The translations under genes and the position numbers were made by a program. The notes under the pieces were generated by a model. The model made no database searches and was not told where the DNA came from. It saw nothing but the letters and a program-made list of their open reading frames with translations. This document shows, one piece after another, positions 1-13,325 of a stretch of DNA of 64,000 bases (position 1 is its first letter; every line of letters begins with the position of its first letter). Source of the DNA: Amphiscolops sp. MND2022 (taxonomy: Eukaryota); the NCBI GenBank assembly GCA_964187785.1, contig OZ076409.1:10356001-10420000 (forward strand), read 5' to 3'.

Positions 1-2437
1 TGAATGCTTGGATAGCTCTCCAACACGCCATCAGTTACGTCTTCAGCAGTGACTTTCACGCCTTCTGGTTCAGGAGCTGCCACTGTTTTGCGAACTTGAT
101 CGCGGGCGGGACAGTCCCGGGCAAAATGCCCAGCTTGACCGCAATTATAGCGCGCGCCAACGGGTAGGCGTGCCGCAGGCTGCACTGTTGCTTGATTGGG
201 GGGAGCATTACTCGCAGGTGGGGGAGGCATTACTCCTTGTGGTAACACCATTTTGTTGGGGGGTAGTGGCGCGAAGGGATGAGGTCGAGACCTCATTGCT
301 AGTCTGGGGTCATAGGGTTGAGGGAATTGGTTAGGTTTTGGACGGTTGCGCTGCAATTGGCGGGTGGTGAAGCGGAGGGATTCCACCGTAGGTGGCTCGG
401 TGAGGAAGACTTCCGATGCATACACTATGGCCAGCTCCCGCCTCAGCGCTGGGTCTCGTACACCTTCCATGAAGCGCTGGAGGATTTCATATCGCTTGGT
501 GGTGATTGCCTCTTGTGGGAATCCTTGACTCCGAAGACCCTCTAGAGCGTCTAAATACTGCATCCAGTCTTCTTTCTCTTGTTGAATGCGGCTTTGGAAA
601 GCTTGTCGCACTTGCATACGGTTTCCTCCAGCGCCAAAGCGGCTGGATAACAATTCGAACACCTTTTCGGGGGTGTCACGTTCGGATTCCGCTTTGTTGA
701 TAATTTAGTTGCGGGCTTCACCTTCAAGGTGACCGATGATGCTCCAAGCCTGGTCCTCGGCTGAGACCTTGGCTTGTGTTCTCTTCAGGTATCTCTGCAT
801 AATAAGGATCCACCCATCAATGGATCCTTCTTTGGACCCGCGATATACATTGGGCCTCGCCTGAGCCAAGTCTCTGCCGGCGAGTAAGGGCGCTAACTCT
901 TTGGAAATCGCCTTTGATATGGCGGCCGTGAATCTCAGCTGCTCGGGGGATATGGCTTCTCCTTCATCAGCCTTGGCCTCCCCTTCGCGTGTCCTGTCAT
1001 GACTACCAAGAGTGGCTTGTATCGACAGGTCAGCGATTTCGTCCTTTTTACGAGTGCTGCTAGCACAGGGAGTGCCCGAGGGCAGTCCATGTTCGGCTGA
1101 CAAGTCTGCGGTCCAGTATAAAGAATCTGGTCCTGACATCGAAATAGGGGCAGTTGCAAACGTTGCTCCCTCGGTTTGAGAGCCTAGGGTTGCTTTGGTG
1201 TTAGATAGGTCGACTTCGACCGAGGAATCTAGATAGATGGTCGACATCGGGTCCACGCCTTGATCTCGAGTGGTACTCTGGGTTGCAGAAGGCATCGATG
1301 ATTCTGCTGAGTCGTGATGTCCCCTCATCTGCACTCGTGCAGGCTTGCGCTCTGCTTCAGGCGTGGCCATCACCAAATTTCCGGCTACTCCTTCATCTTT
1401 CGGGGCGCAGGCACCGCCGGCCTGGAAGTGCTAGGCTTTAGCGCGCTCGGCAGTTCCGACTTCACTACCTGGCTCGGGCACGTCGGCTCCGAGATACGGA
1501 CTGGACCTCCATTCCGCACGCCTCCACTTGTACTGGGCTGCCGCGGGAGCGACCTCTCACGCCTCATGACATCAATGGCATTGAGTACCGTGTGCATCTG
1601 ATTGCTTAAGTCGTTGATCTGCGTTTCCACGCGCAGCTCACGAGACATCAACGTGTCATTCATCTCTCCTATCCGGTGACCCAATGTGTCCACTCGAGCA
1701 TTTTGCACATTCTGCGCGGTGCGCAATTGATCACTGACCTGCAGGCCTTCACGCATCGTCGTCTGCATCACTTTAATGTTCTCTACGATAGCAAGGTGTT
1801 GCTCATTGCATTCAGCACGAGTGCTGGCCAGACCTGCTAGGGCCCGTTGGGTTTCGGCTTGGGCATCCAATAGTGCTGCCTTGTATACTGAGGACCGTTG
1901 CGATGAGGCCAATGAGCCTGTCATACTCCTGACACGGGATGCCTCTTGACGTGGCTCGCCTACCTGTAGTAGAGGTGGTCGTACCTTCTTGTGCTTCCCG
2001 TAGGCACAGACCCGGGTAGGTCCTCGAGTGGTCCCGAGTCCCCGCTGTCGCGCGTAACTCATACCTCCCACATAAGTGAGGTGCTGCTCCATGTCAGTTT
2101 GTGAGCCAAGTTGTCTTTCTCCAGCCGGGGGTGCGCGCGAGCACCCTTCCTCGGCCGCCAGTTCATCGGTCATGTTCGAATTAGGCCAGCCCTCTTCCAC
2201 TTCATTAGCTCTTTCGCGGCAGGTTTCGTCGACCCACTGCTCAGTTCGACGCGAATTTGCAGAAATACTGGAGTTCTCTGAGGGAGGAACCATAGCGGCC
2301 AATTCCTCCTTTCGCTGTTGTTCGATAGTGACTTCGTCAGACATGTCGTCTGAAAAACACGAACCCTCTATCGTGACCCATGATTGTGAACCAGTATGGG
2401 ACACCGCCATCGGTTCGGTGGCCAACGCGTTTATCAA
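1..2437 (-). pseudogene. gag: gag polyprotein, disrupted
   Basis: ORF 2437-1385 (coiled-coil-like) is followed in another frame by ORF 1376-705 (capsid-like IDGWILIMQRYL...WSIIGHLEGEARN). After an in-frame TAA at 705-707 the frame stays open to the window edge and includes a degenerate CCHC knuckle RYNCGQAGHFARDC at 152-111 (first Cys mutated to Arg). Confidence 0.8.
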
Positions 2438-5089
2438 TAGCGATCGAGTTACCGCTCACGATTACTCGGAAGACTCAAATTGGGTCGCCGAACGCACCAG
2501 GGTCTTCAATTCGAAGCTGATCCCTTGGTCGTCCCGGTGAGCACTTAAGAATTTTGGTGGTATTCAACGTTCTAGATTTTTCGAAACACGTTCTAGAGCT
2601 CGTAGGCTGTTCAAATTTGCACAGCGTTTTTCCACAAGCACACTGGGCTGGAAAATCAACTTCGTTTGGGGCAAAAAGTCTCCAGTCACCCACAGGAAGG
2701 ATTCCAAGGAATTTTCGGATTTTTCGAAATTCGCACGGTAGCTCTCCACAGGCTCGGGTATGCACGGGAAGCGCCGTATCCAGCCCAAAATTGGCCATCA
2801 GATCTTAGGTACACGTAGGTTTACGGAAATGAACCCAGTTTTGAGTTGCGCCCCTTCTACACAGTTTCACCTAGGTACAGACGTGCGGTACCACTATGTA
2901 CCGAAATACACTGTTTTTCACGTCTTTTTCAAGATTGCGGTCCACTGGAAAGAGCTAGCAAGCTCAAATTCTCTGCAGCAACGTAGGAACTAGCACAGGA
3001 TACGATGGTGGGCTGCAATATAGCCCCACCCGTCGGCTAAGGTGCCCGGGTTACTCGGAAAAATTAAGAAAAAGCTGCCTTTTTGCACGCCTTTTTGGGT
3101 GCCACGTTTTTCCTATTTTCTCAACACATATCACACAGATCGGCACCAAACTTGGTAGTTTATGCCTGTGGGCACCTACAATGCCACTGATATGGTCGAA
3201 CTGAAGCGCGAGCGCTTATTTGAGGTTTCGACCCACTACGTACGTTGTACACGAAAAAATACTGTTTTTGACTACTTTTTTCACAAATTGACCAAGAGGA
3301 TCACCTCAGAAAGTGATACGGCGGGCAAAATGGGACTAACGTGTTGCCCCACTATCCGTAGCACTGGGATAAACCCTCAATTGGTCGTGCCCGTTAGGTA
3401 TAAGGCACTGACAGTCCTGTAATTTTGGAATTTTTTGGCTCTTATGTGCTTTTCTGAAGTCGAAACGTCAGAGAGCTTTTCTCGACTTTGGTGAGCGACA
3501 CGCTCACCAAATTTTCGGCACTAACGTCAATTTTTGTGGTGGTTACGAAAATGCAACCACTTTTTGGCTAGGGTTCAGGAATCGATGACCCGACCCTAGC
3601 TCGGAGACAGTCCAGTTTTGTGGAAAATTGACCAAATTCAGTGCGTTTTTCCACTTTTCTCAGCACTGAACAGGAAATTTTGCACGCGGTTTTCACCACA
3701 ATGCGTTGTTTGTATTATAAAAACAGAAAATAGGAGCGCGCGGGTCTCGAAAACACTGAGTGCCCTAGAGGTTTTAATGATGCACTCTGGCACTCCTGAA
3801 ACTGGCCAAAAATCAAGGTTTTTCAACTTTTCTCAACGCTGAAAAAGAATTTTCGAATGCGGTTTTCACCACAATGCGTCGTTTTTGCTGCTACAATCGA
3901 AAATGAGAGCGCTCGAGCCCGCTCTCTTCGAATAAGCTTTGCTCTGGGTGTTTTTGGTTAATGCACTTTCTCTACTCGGAAATGCCAAAAATTACAAGTT
4001 TTTCGCACTGTATCAGCCCCAGGCTGCCTGAGTCCGCCACAAAAGTTACAATTAGTATCCTGAGGGTCAAGTACACTTGGGATAGTGCCGTACACTGTCA
4101 TTTTACACTTCCACACTCGTGTACGTTCACATTTTGGGTGCCTTTTTGGCCAAATTTCCACTTTTTTCACATTTTTCGGCAACAAATTGGCACTTTTATC
4201 ACAATCAAAGGCTTCAACTTCGCCTTTCGTGCCTCGTGCCGGCTTTCTCGAGCCTTGCAGCTGCTTTTTCAAAACTTTCCACCACGCTTTCCTGGCTTCT
4301 GTGAGCACTAGTGCTCGAAACCAAGAAAAACACCAAAAAAACGCAAAAATGAGGTTTTTTTTTCCAAGTGCTATCTTTTTCGCAGAAAAGCACTTCGTTG
4401 GGTGTCGTTACACTTATGGTAGAACGTCACTGACATGCACCAACGATTCTCCATCGAAAGAGGTGTATTTTCAAAATTTTCGCCAACCATACTCCATCTG
4501 AGCGACTCATCTGGTCCTAGGGGGTGCATCTTCACCACGTTATTTCTCCACTTCTAGACCAGATAGAAACACGCGGGTGGGACCATTAGCACCGTCTGTC
4601 GTTGCACTTGCTGTCCACCAAAAGCCATGCCTCTAGGACGTCTCCACGAGAAATGGGAATAGGAAGTAGGCAACACAAGATTTGTCCCCTCCTTCGCTTC
4701 GCTGGAGTATGGTCTACCATCCATCCGTTACCCTCTTGCATGGCATAAAATGGCTGAAAATAGCTCAAAAAACCTGTTAGACACCCGTAGCCACGTGCTA
4801 CGGTCCTCTACACCTGCAAAAAGGTACCCACTGATGGGTATACAACACATCACACATAAAGAGCGATTTCCTTCTAAAATGCCCAAAAATGCCATTTTCG
4901 CACCTGAAAACACGTTTTCTTCGGCATTTTCTCTGGTTCAACGCCTCTCCCAGTTCCAGTAAGACGTAATACGACTAAAAAGAGGTAAAACTCTGCTCTT
5001 CTCTCCTGTCCAGAGTCGAAAACGGGCTTGGGGCTGAACACCAGGGGGCCAGATCTTTTAAAAACCGCTAGGGAAAGCTTCCCAAGACG

Positions 5090-5107
5090 ATCCCTTTGTG
5101 GTCGCCA
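5090..5107 (-). promoter_or_regulatory. primer-binding site, probably tRNA-Arg(TCG)
   Basis: Minus strand reads TGGCGACCACAAAGGGAT. This is complementary, with one mismatch, to the typical animal tRNA-Arg(TCG) 3' end ATCCCTTCGTGGTCGCCA (recalled, not searched). Confidence 0.7.
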
Positions 5108-5122
5108 AAAAATGAGTTTCTA

Positions 5123-5866
5123 TGTAACGATAAGCGCTGGCACTTGAACCGCAACGTAGAGTGGAGGAACTAGAACAGCGAATGTAATCTGGGACCTAGA
5201 TCTCCGCGGCCCTAGCTCATTTTCCCTCCAAAGGAGCCAGTCCCAAGGTGGGGGAACCGTCTTGTAGGACGCTCTCTGGCCTGGTCCTAGTCTGTAACTG
5301 CTAAAAGTAACAGGCATCTTGCAAGACTCAAGACCACTGCTCAACTAGCCTTTAAAAATTGGGCTGAAAATCGATGAAGGTTGAACCGTAATATTGGAGA
5401 ATCTGATAAAATCGCCAAATTGGATAAACAGATGTTAAACAACAGCTCTCGAGCATATTAATTTACCACATCGAAAAATACAACAAGAAATCAAGAGTTC
5501 AGAGTCATTTGATGAAAATTGACCTCAGGTTCCCAGCGCTAGCGCTAGTTGCCACACAGGATACCGCAGGGATACTCAGGCGAACATCTGGAACACTGGT
5601 TTCCTTTACTGTAGTAATGGATATCTCCTAGAGATTGACACAATACCGTGTTCTGTATACGTCGGGGATGTCTTTTTAGTTGTCTCCGGTGCTTGTTCGT
5701 CGCGAGCGGCGATTTCTGCTTTTTCTGGGGTGCTTTTCTGGCAGGTACTTCGTCTTGAGCATGTTTGAGTGCCACGTCAAATTTGAACGAATTTTTGACA
5801 AAATTTTCTGAACATGTCGAAGTTGCAAAGTTGGTTGATATTGCTGTACCAGAGCTTGCCGTTACA
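5123..5866 (-). repeat. 5' LTR of the Gypsy element (744 bp)
   Basis: Perfect 7-bp terminal inverted repeats TGTAACG/CGTTACA next to the PBS. Homology to the neighbouring host repeat begins right at 5867. Confidence 0.7.
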
Positions 5867-6667
5867 AATGTTGACAATTTTAGAAAGCACGCAACATTTA
5901 GTCTCACAGGACCAAAACAACATAAAAAATGGATACTTTAGGGATTTTCCGAGCTTTTTTGCTTTCAATTGAATTTTGTTTTGGTCCCATTTTTACGAGC
6001 AGGGACGAAGCATGAGTGAACGATTATTTTTTTCGAAACTTGTGAAAACGATAAAAAATATATTCATATGTGTCTCCAGATGTATACTGGCCACAATGCA
6101 GTCGTTATTCGTTTTAATCAGGACCAAAACCGAAAAAAGCGCAAACAATCGAATGCTGCATTTCCGGATTATATCAACATTATACCCAGAAATTTTATCA
6201 ATTTCAAAACTTGGATATTTGACAACGGGAAACCAGTAGACAGCTCCGAATTCTTTTGTAGTGCGGGGTGTTTGGGTTGGGGTTGCACAGTTAAGATGTA
6301 GTCAAAACTAGTAGAAAAAGCAGAATTGAAAACATTCAGCTCAGGTATCAAGTTAGTATTTCTTACAATCGTTTTGTAATAAATTTTTACTATAAAAAGT
6401 TAGCAAAACTATACTAAAAAAGGGACGAGTCTTCGAAGGGTGTCTCAATCGAATACATCTGCACTTTGAAAAAAACAATGGGAAAGACTTTCACCATGTA
6501 GGCCTGAATTTTGGTTTTGAATCAACTGAATAAACTCAAAACCATAACAGCGCGCTAGATTAGATCACTTTCTATCTTGAATAAAAAAATTCTTCAATGG
6601 CATGGTTTCCAAAGAAATCGAACTCAACAAAAAACACCTGCTGAAAAATGAAGACGTTGCAAAGCTG

Positions 6668-7044
6668 AACAAGCCAGGAACGGCCCACGTCGGCGCCATA
6701 TCTAAGGCTCAAAAACAGGAAAAGGAATTCAAAGTGTCAAGTATTCTCTTCTACTGTACTCCCATGAGGAAAAATTTTTTGAAAAAATCCTAAAAATTTT
6801 TTTTCGAAATTTTTTTCAAAAAAAATTGATCTCCGGTAAGTCGCATAGTGCCAAAAAATGTAAAAGGGGACCACAAAAAAGTCTAATTAACCTCTATCTC
6901 AATTGCAAGTAGAAGTAGTGTGGCAGTTAGTGTTAGTGAAAGTCAGCTTATAAAATTTATAAAATCTGTCGATTTGTTGGTCTTAAAAACGAAAAGTCAA
7001 TGCTAGAGTCTGCGTTTTCTACGAAAAGCGCCGACTTAAAAAAA
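6668..7044 (-). mobile_element. DINE-1/HINE-like non-autonomous Helentron-type element
   Basis: Subterminal inverted repeats GTCGGCGC/GCGCCGAC, a hairpin-like end and A/T-run flanks. Confidence 0.65.
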
Positions 7045-7979
7045 CTACTCAATTAGTTTCTTGGCGCCCATAACACCTCGAAGAGGACTTTTTTAAACGG
7101 ACCCAAACGGATTTTTGAACCAAACAGATCAAACGGACCCAAATAATTTTAGAGCAAAAAATGTTATAAACTGAAACACCAACAAAGTTTACATTTTTAG
7201 AAAGCACGTAACATTTAGTCTCACAGAACCAAAACAATATAAAAATGGGAATTTTATGGATTTTCCGAGCTTTTTTTGCTTTCAATTGCATTTTGTTTTG
7301 GTCCCAATTTTACGAGCAGGGACGAAGCATGAGTGAACGATTTCATTGAAACCTGTGAAAACAATAAAAAAGATATTCGCATGTGTCTCCAGATGTATAC
7401 TGGCCACAATGCAGTCGTTATTCGTTTTAATCAGGACCAAAACCGAAAAAAGCGCAAACAATCGAATGCTGCATTTCCGGATTATATCAACATTATACCC
7501 AGAAATTTTATTAATTTCAAAACTTGGATATTTGACAACGAGAATCCAGTAGACTGCTCCGAATTCTTTTGTAGTGCGGGGTGTTTGGGTTGGGGTTGCA
7601 CAGTTAAGATGTAGTCAAAACTAGTAGAAAAAGCAGAATTGAAAACATTCAGCTCAGGTATCAAGTTAGTATTTCATACAATCGTTTTGTAATAAATTTT
7701 TACCATAAAAAGTTAGCAAAACTATACTAAAAAAGGGACGAGTCTTCAAAGGGTGTCTCAATCGAATACATCTGCACTTTGAAAAAACAATGGGAAAGAC
7801 TTTCACCATGTAGGCCTGAATTTTGGTTTTGAATCAACTGAATAAACTCAAAAACATAACAGCGCGCTAGATTAGATCACTTTCTATCTTGAATAAAAAA
7901 ATTCTTCAATGGCATGGTTTCCAAAGAAATCGAACTCAACAAAAAACACCTGCTGAAAAATGAAGACGTTGCAAAGCTG

Positions 7980-8355
7980 AACAAGCCAGGAACGGCCCAC
8001 GTCGGCGCCATATCTAAGGCTCAAAAACAGGAAAAGGAATTCAAAGTGTCAAGTATTCTCATCTACTGTACTCGCATGAGGAAAAAGTTTTTGAAAAAAT
8101 CCTAAAAATATTTTTCGAAATTTTTTTCAAAAAAAATTTGATCTCCGGTAAGTCGCATAGTGCCAAAAAATGTAAAAGGGGCCACAAAAAAGTCTAATTA
8201 ACCTCTATCTCAGTTGCCAGTAGAAGTAGTGTGGCAGTTAGTGTTAGTGAAAGTCAGCTTATAAAATTTATAAAATCTGTCGCTTTGTTGGTCTTAAAAA
8301 CGAAAAGTCAATGCTATAGTCTGCGTTTTCTACGAAAAGCGCCGACTTAAAAAAA
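7980..8355 (-). mobile_element. DINE-1/HINE-like element (duplicate of 6668-7044)
   Basis: Same structure as the first copy. An empty-site version of the host repeat is at about 41880-41943. Confidence 0.7.
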
Positions 8356-8799
8356 GTATTTGCACCAGGGGAAAGGATCCTGGATCCGACCAGCAAGAAC
8401 CCATCCTTATACAGAAACAAGACGCCCGGGACACTTTGTTGGTTGTTTGTACAGAAGGATGTTTGTTGGTTGTTTGTTCAAAATGATACGTACTTGTCAA
8501 AATGATACGTTCCGGCTAAAGATTCATGATTGACCATTTGTCCGGCAGTCGTATTAGGCCATTTTGATGCTAGCCTGATAACATGAAATATAAATAGCCC
8601 AATATGTTTATGTAACCCTTTGAGTCATGCGTGTATGCACGTGCCTAAGTGCAGTAGATGCATATTTGAAGTTTTTTGAACATCACCGACGCTTTGAACT
8701 GAGACTGATGACTGTAGTCAGGTGTTATTTTTAGCGATAATATTATTGAAAAACTCTGTTTTTATTGATTTGTCGAACAAAAATGTGAGTGCCAGGTCA

Positions 8800-9405
8800 A
8801 AAAGAGTATAAATACTCGAAACGCTTCCTGAGACACACAAGATTGTAAAACTTTTGTTGAGTTCAAACCATTTATGAAATCGTCACTTTCCGATTTATTC
8901 AAAATATTGCAAATCGATTCATCTTTGATGCTTCCTACAAGAAAACAAGAATAAGGCTAGAAGATCAAGAGATGCATATATGTTTTCTGATCGGCAGAGA
9001 TCAGTGAGAGAGACGAAAATGTTTGGTAATTTTGCTGGAAGACCAGAAAGCTTAAATAATCAATCCCTGATTGATCACAACTTGAACAGTAATTCAAACT
9101 CTAAAGAAAACGAGATTAGGAGATTTGCCGAAAATGGGCAACGAGCTAGTGAAATCAGCTCAGACAACAATTTGAATCGTTTGTCAGGAGAGTTTAATAA
9201 ACGAATGACAGAAAAACTGAATGGGTTGTTTGACAATGGTAATGTGCAAATCCAAAGAGCCAATTAGTGAAGCCGTAAATGGACAAGTTTTGCCTCTATT
9301 GCAGCCTTCGCCTAGGTCCTTGATCGGCAAAGTGCCCAATAGGAACGGAACGTGCCCTTTGAGAGATCGGAACGGAAATCCGAAAATGCCTTTAACCGTC
9401 AGAAA
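8800..9405 (+). mobile_element. solo-LTR-like repeat family A with embedded degenerate ORF (MxxTRKQ..KARRSR...LNRLSGE...QIQRA.SEA...QVLP); 3' truncated, 5' limit unknown
   Basis: TATAAATA at 8807 and ATG at 8928. Peptide similarity to 25948-25388 and 40360-40940. Confidence 0.55.
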
Positions 9406-11533
9406 ACAGACTTCAGACACCAAAGAAGAAGGCGCTGATGGTGATGAAGAAGAAATGCCGGAGAATGAAGGAAGTGTGCGATGCCTCCGAGTGGTTCCAT
9501 TACGATACATATGCCGCAAAAGTGGAATTTATCATCAAGTGTAAAGTGTATTTTATCAAGTGTAGAGTCTAGATTTGCACCTCTGGAACCTATCGTGAAA
9601 ATGATGGAAGAGAAATCTGAGATGACGGTCCAAAATTACGTATCCAATTGGACCCAACAGTTCTTGTTTGCTTTTTTGAGTTGAAGAAAAAATTTTTTTG
9701 TCTTTTCCAATGAAATCTGCAGTTTCAAGTTCGTACATTTTTTCGGAACTAATGCGAGAACATTTGCTGGAGTTATGTTTTAATCGCAGCCAAAAACCGC
9801 CCCAAAAAGAGAAAAAATCCAAGAAACTCACATTTTCGTTTCAAGGTATCGTTTCATTGGGAAAAGCACATCAAAATTGTCGATACAAAATTTAACTAGG
9901 GGCTTTGTGATTTTTGTTGATTACTGCGCACGCTTATACCCACAGATTTTCACACACTTTCTGAAACTTGAAATAACATGTTCAAGTATATAACATCAAA
10001 CTTTGTAATGGATTACTGTGGTTACTCATATTTTCAAAAACATTCCAATTAAAGAGAAAAATGTTTGCATGAAACCACTCGGAAACTGAGGCGGCAGAAG
10101 AGAAAAGTGAAATTAACCATTGCGGTTGGTATTTGGGTATTCCAGTTAAAATCTATTCACATCAAGCTACCGTTCCGTCGTTGCAATCAATTGATATGGA
10201 GTTGTGATATCGGTATGACTTTCTCGAGGCCAAAAAGTCACGAAGTAGGCGCTTGATTTCATTTCGAAAGTCCTAAATAAACAAACCTAAAAGAAGTAGC
10301 AAAATTAATTTTTCAATGTTCCAGGTTTCATACCCGCAAAAACCGACAATGTTACTTATTTTGCTCAGACCAACTTAAAGTATACTGAGAAGTTAATTGT
10401 TTTGTCTCAGCATGTGATCTTTCATACGAACTAAAATGGAAGCAAAACTTGAAACAGCTACCTAACACAGTCAAAACTTGAGAAAAAAAAACATTTTCGA
10501 TAGTCTTTTGAGCTTTTTTTCACCAGAGAACTCAGATTTTTTCATGGTTGGAATGCTTTGGATTTTTCCCGTTTTGGGGCTATTTTGGTCATCACCAAGA
10601 TATCCAAAACATCTCTACAATTCCATAACGCACGGAACGACGTTTATGGTATTTGAATTTCCAGAAAAACTACCATTTTGTAATAAACTTGAAACGGGAA
10701 AATTTTAAAAAACGCTGCTTTGTGCTTTGTTCTCAATTTTTTATTTCTCATACAGAAAAATGGGCTGGAAAACATAGCGGGATTAACGCATTGAACTCAA
10801 CATAGTGTGGAAAAAAGAAACTGTGTTTATACTCTTTCTTCACACTGAGTTTTTTTTTCATTTTTCTGTCTATTATAACTCCTATTTAATTTTTCCCTTC
10901 CACGCCAAGTTTGCAAAAACTCCATTCTTCTACAAAATTGTTCACATAACTTTCTGAAACGCGCAAAAAGGCCTGAAAGATCTTCGATTCGGCTGACTTT
11001 TGTATTTTGTTTCTAGCGTCGAGAAACAAAGATCAAAAACCTACCTAACACTTTGGCGAACATTAACACTGACGACCAAAACCATCATTTATTGGAAGAC
11101 ACTCGAGCCGTGATCAAAATGGTTCAAACGCGACGAAAATGATAACTTAAAATGTGACTTTTCAAGCAAGAAGAAAGGGCAAACGGACAGGAGTTTCGTT
11201 CAAGTTAGATAGTTCGGATCTAGAATTGAAAGAGCAGTAAAATCAGCACAAGCTTCGAACTGGGTCTTAATTAAAATTTGGAATCCAGAGCAAAAGCAAA
11301 GACCCGTACATCAGAAGGGCGAACGAAAACTAATCCAATTCAATGATATATTGTTATATATGTATATTCAAGGTCCATTAATGTTATTACATGAAATACC
11401 ATAGTAAAAAATGAATCAACGATTAGTATTGAACTCGTGTTCTTGCCTTCTGAAAATCTTGCAACTGATATGCAATAAAGCAGAAACTGTTTGCCACAAA
11501 TCAATTTTCCTCAAAAGTTCCCCAAAACCTTGT

Positions 11534-12040
11534 TGTTACAACTATTTACCGGAGTTGTTTTATGAGTAGTTGTAGTAGTTTTAGACCTTTTAGGTGCTGA
11601 AGTTGCAGATGCCGGGACATATTCGGATTCAGAATCAGTTTCACCTGGAATGGCTAACGAAGTTTGTTTCTCCGTTACAGGAGCTATCATTTTCAGCATT
11701 TCTTTTTGATTCTCAGCTAAGATCTTTGTGAGGTCAGACATTATCTCTTTTCTAAGAGTAGATTTCCTCTAGGTTTTCAGTATGTACCTTAGGAGACTTG
11801 CTCGTTACCGCTACGGGATTTGTATTTTGGCTATGCCCATCTAGAGGGGTCTCAGTCTCAGCAGAAACTACTTCTTCTACAGCTTTCCTTTTCCGACTTT
11901 TAGTAGTCATTTTAGAAAGAGAGAAAGGGTTCTTTGGAAACTTGAAATTCTTCATCGAAAAATCAGGTTTTATCAAACGGAGTATTATCGCAACGAAATT
12001 GAATGAATGAATTTACAAAACTCTTAAGTATATATACTTC
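11534..12040 (-). mobile_element. solo-LTR-like repeat family B with embedded ORF (MTTKSRKRK...SPKV...EIMSDLTKILAENQKEMLK...NSCN); 5' limit unknown
   Basis: TATATATA at 12036-12029 and ATG at 11910. The frameshifted ORF runs to an LTR-type end TGTAACA at 11534. Similar to 29028-29415. Confidence 0.55.
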
Positions 12041-13325
12041 TCAGCATTGTTTGTTCCTCACCTAAAAATCCCTAGGAATCTTAAAAATCGGTTTTGTTCA
12101 CTAAAATACTTAATCATCCTTATCATTTCATTCCTTCAGTCATTAGTTCACACTTTAAAATTCCTAGTTACGACTCCTCACGGAGCACTTCTTGAAATCA
12201 ATTTTGTTCAACGATATCATTTCCGGTTTAGTCGCGGAAAAGCGGCAAAATAAACGTCTAGTTAAATTTCTACCGAAGAAAGCACGCTGGCGTGAACAAT
12301 GATTCAGTGCAGGACCAGTGAAAATCACCTTTTAGCGGCAAAAGAATGACAAGCAAAAATAACTCCGAAGATATTACGGAGAGTTTTAAGCTAATGTACT
12401 GAAAAAAACTGATCCACATTATAGAAGGAACAAACGATGCTGGAAATGATGAACCCGGATTATTAATTGAATTTACAAGTTCCAAAACATGGTGCTAATC
12501 TAAATCAACTTTGCATGTTCAGAGGTCATAATAGCCAGATTATTTAAAGAAACAATTATCACAATATAGTAAAAGTAGCAAAGTTCAGAACACTTTTCCA
12601 AGAGTAGAAAAGAGCACCTTTTTAGCATCATCACATTGCACTTATACGACTGTCCTCCTTGTCTTAACCAGCATCACAACTTTTCCAATCATATCTAGCA
12701 AGACGCAAAATATACGGTACGATATGACTTTAATGCTCTAACATTCTAATTATTCCGAAATGATTCCGTGCAATTTCAAAATTTATCATAGCGAACTAGA
12801 GTAATCGCGACCTTACAATCTGTCCCGTAAGCACTCCGTACAAATGAAGATTGGCCATAGCTGAGCAGCGGAGCACACTTTTAATAACTGCTCCGAAGCT
12901 GCTCCGTACGTATTAAGATTGACTATAGCTGAGCGAGCGGCAGAGGCTGACGGAGAAAAAGCGGAGAGCGTAGGCGAATTCATTCTCTTCTCTCTTAATT
13001 AGCTGGCGTTGCTAGTGGCAACTGAGTATGATTTTATTGGTTTGAGTTCAAAAGGGACAACGCTATTGGTCCGTAAGAATAGAAACACCGGTTACTTGCT
13101 TAGTTGAGTGACGCTGTGAATGCTCGCTTAAATCACTTGGCTGTAGTTTAGGTGGGTTTTGACAGCTACTTCAGTAATGGAAGACAATTCCACTATACTA
13201 TTTTCTATGTTGCTTTCATTTTAGATTGTATTAATTCCGTTGGGACCGCGGAGTTAAATATCATTTTTAATGTTTCGTTTCAGTGTGGAGAAAAAAAGAA
13301 TGGTCCAAAAATTAATAATAATCTC

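Larger units (their letters stand above)
1..5866 (-). mobile_element. Ty3/Gypsy-type LTR retrotransposon, 5' portion (5' LTR, PBS, long leader, gag); continues beyond window start
   Basis: On the minus strand: LTR-like segment with TGTAACG...CGTTACA ends, then a tRNA primer site, then gag-like coding with a capsid-like region and zinc knuckle. pol would lie outside the window, so the superfamily is inferred from gag. Confidence 0.8.
5867..8355. repeat. tandem duplication of about 1.31 kb (unclassified dispersed repeat plus HINE-like element)
   Basis: 5867-7044 is highly similar to about 7183-8355. The ORF track shows duplicated peptides (6068/7333, 6169/7482, 6602/7914). Confidence 0.95.

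Noticed and set aside
5976..8105. Duplicated short ORFs as paralogous genes
   Set aside because: They are by-products of a duplicated non-coding repeat and have no recognisable protein motifs.
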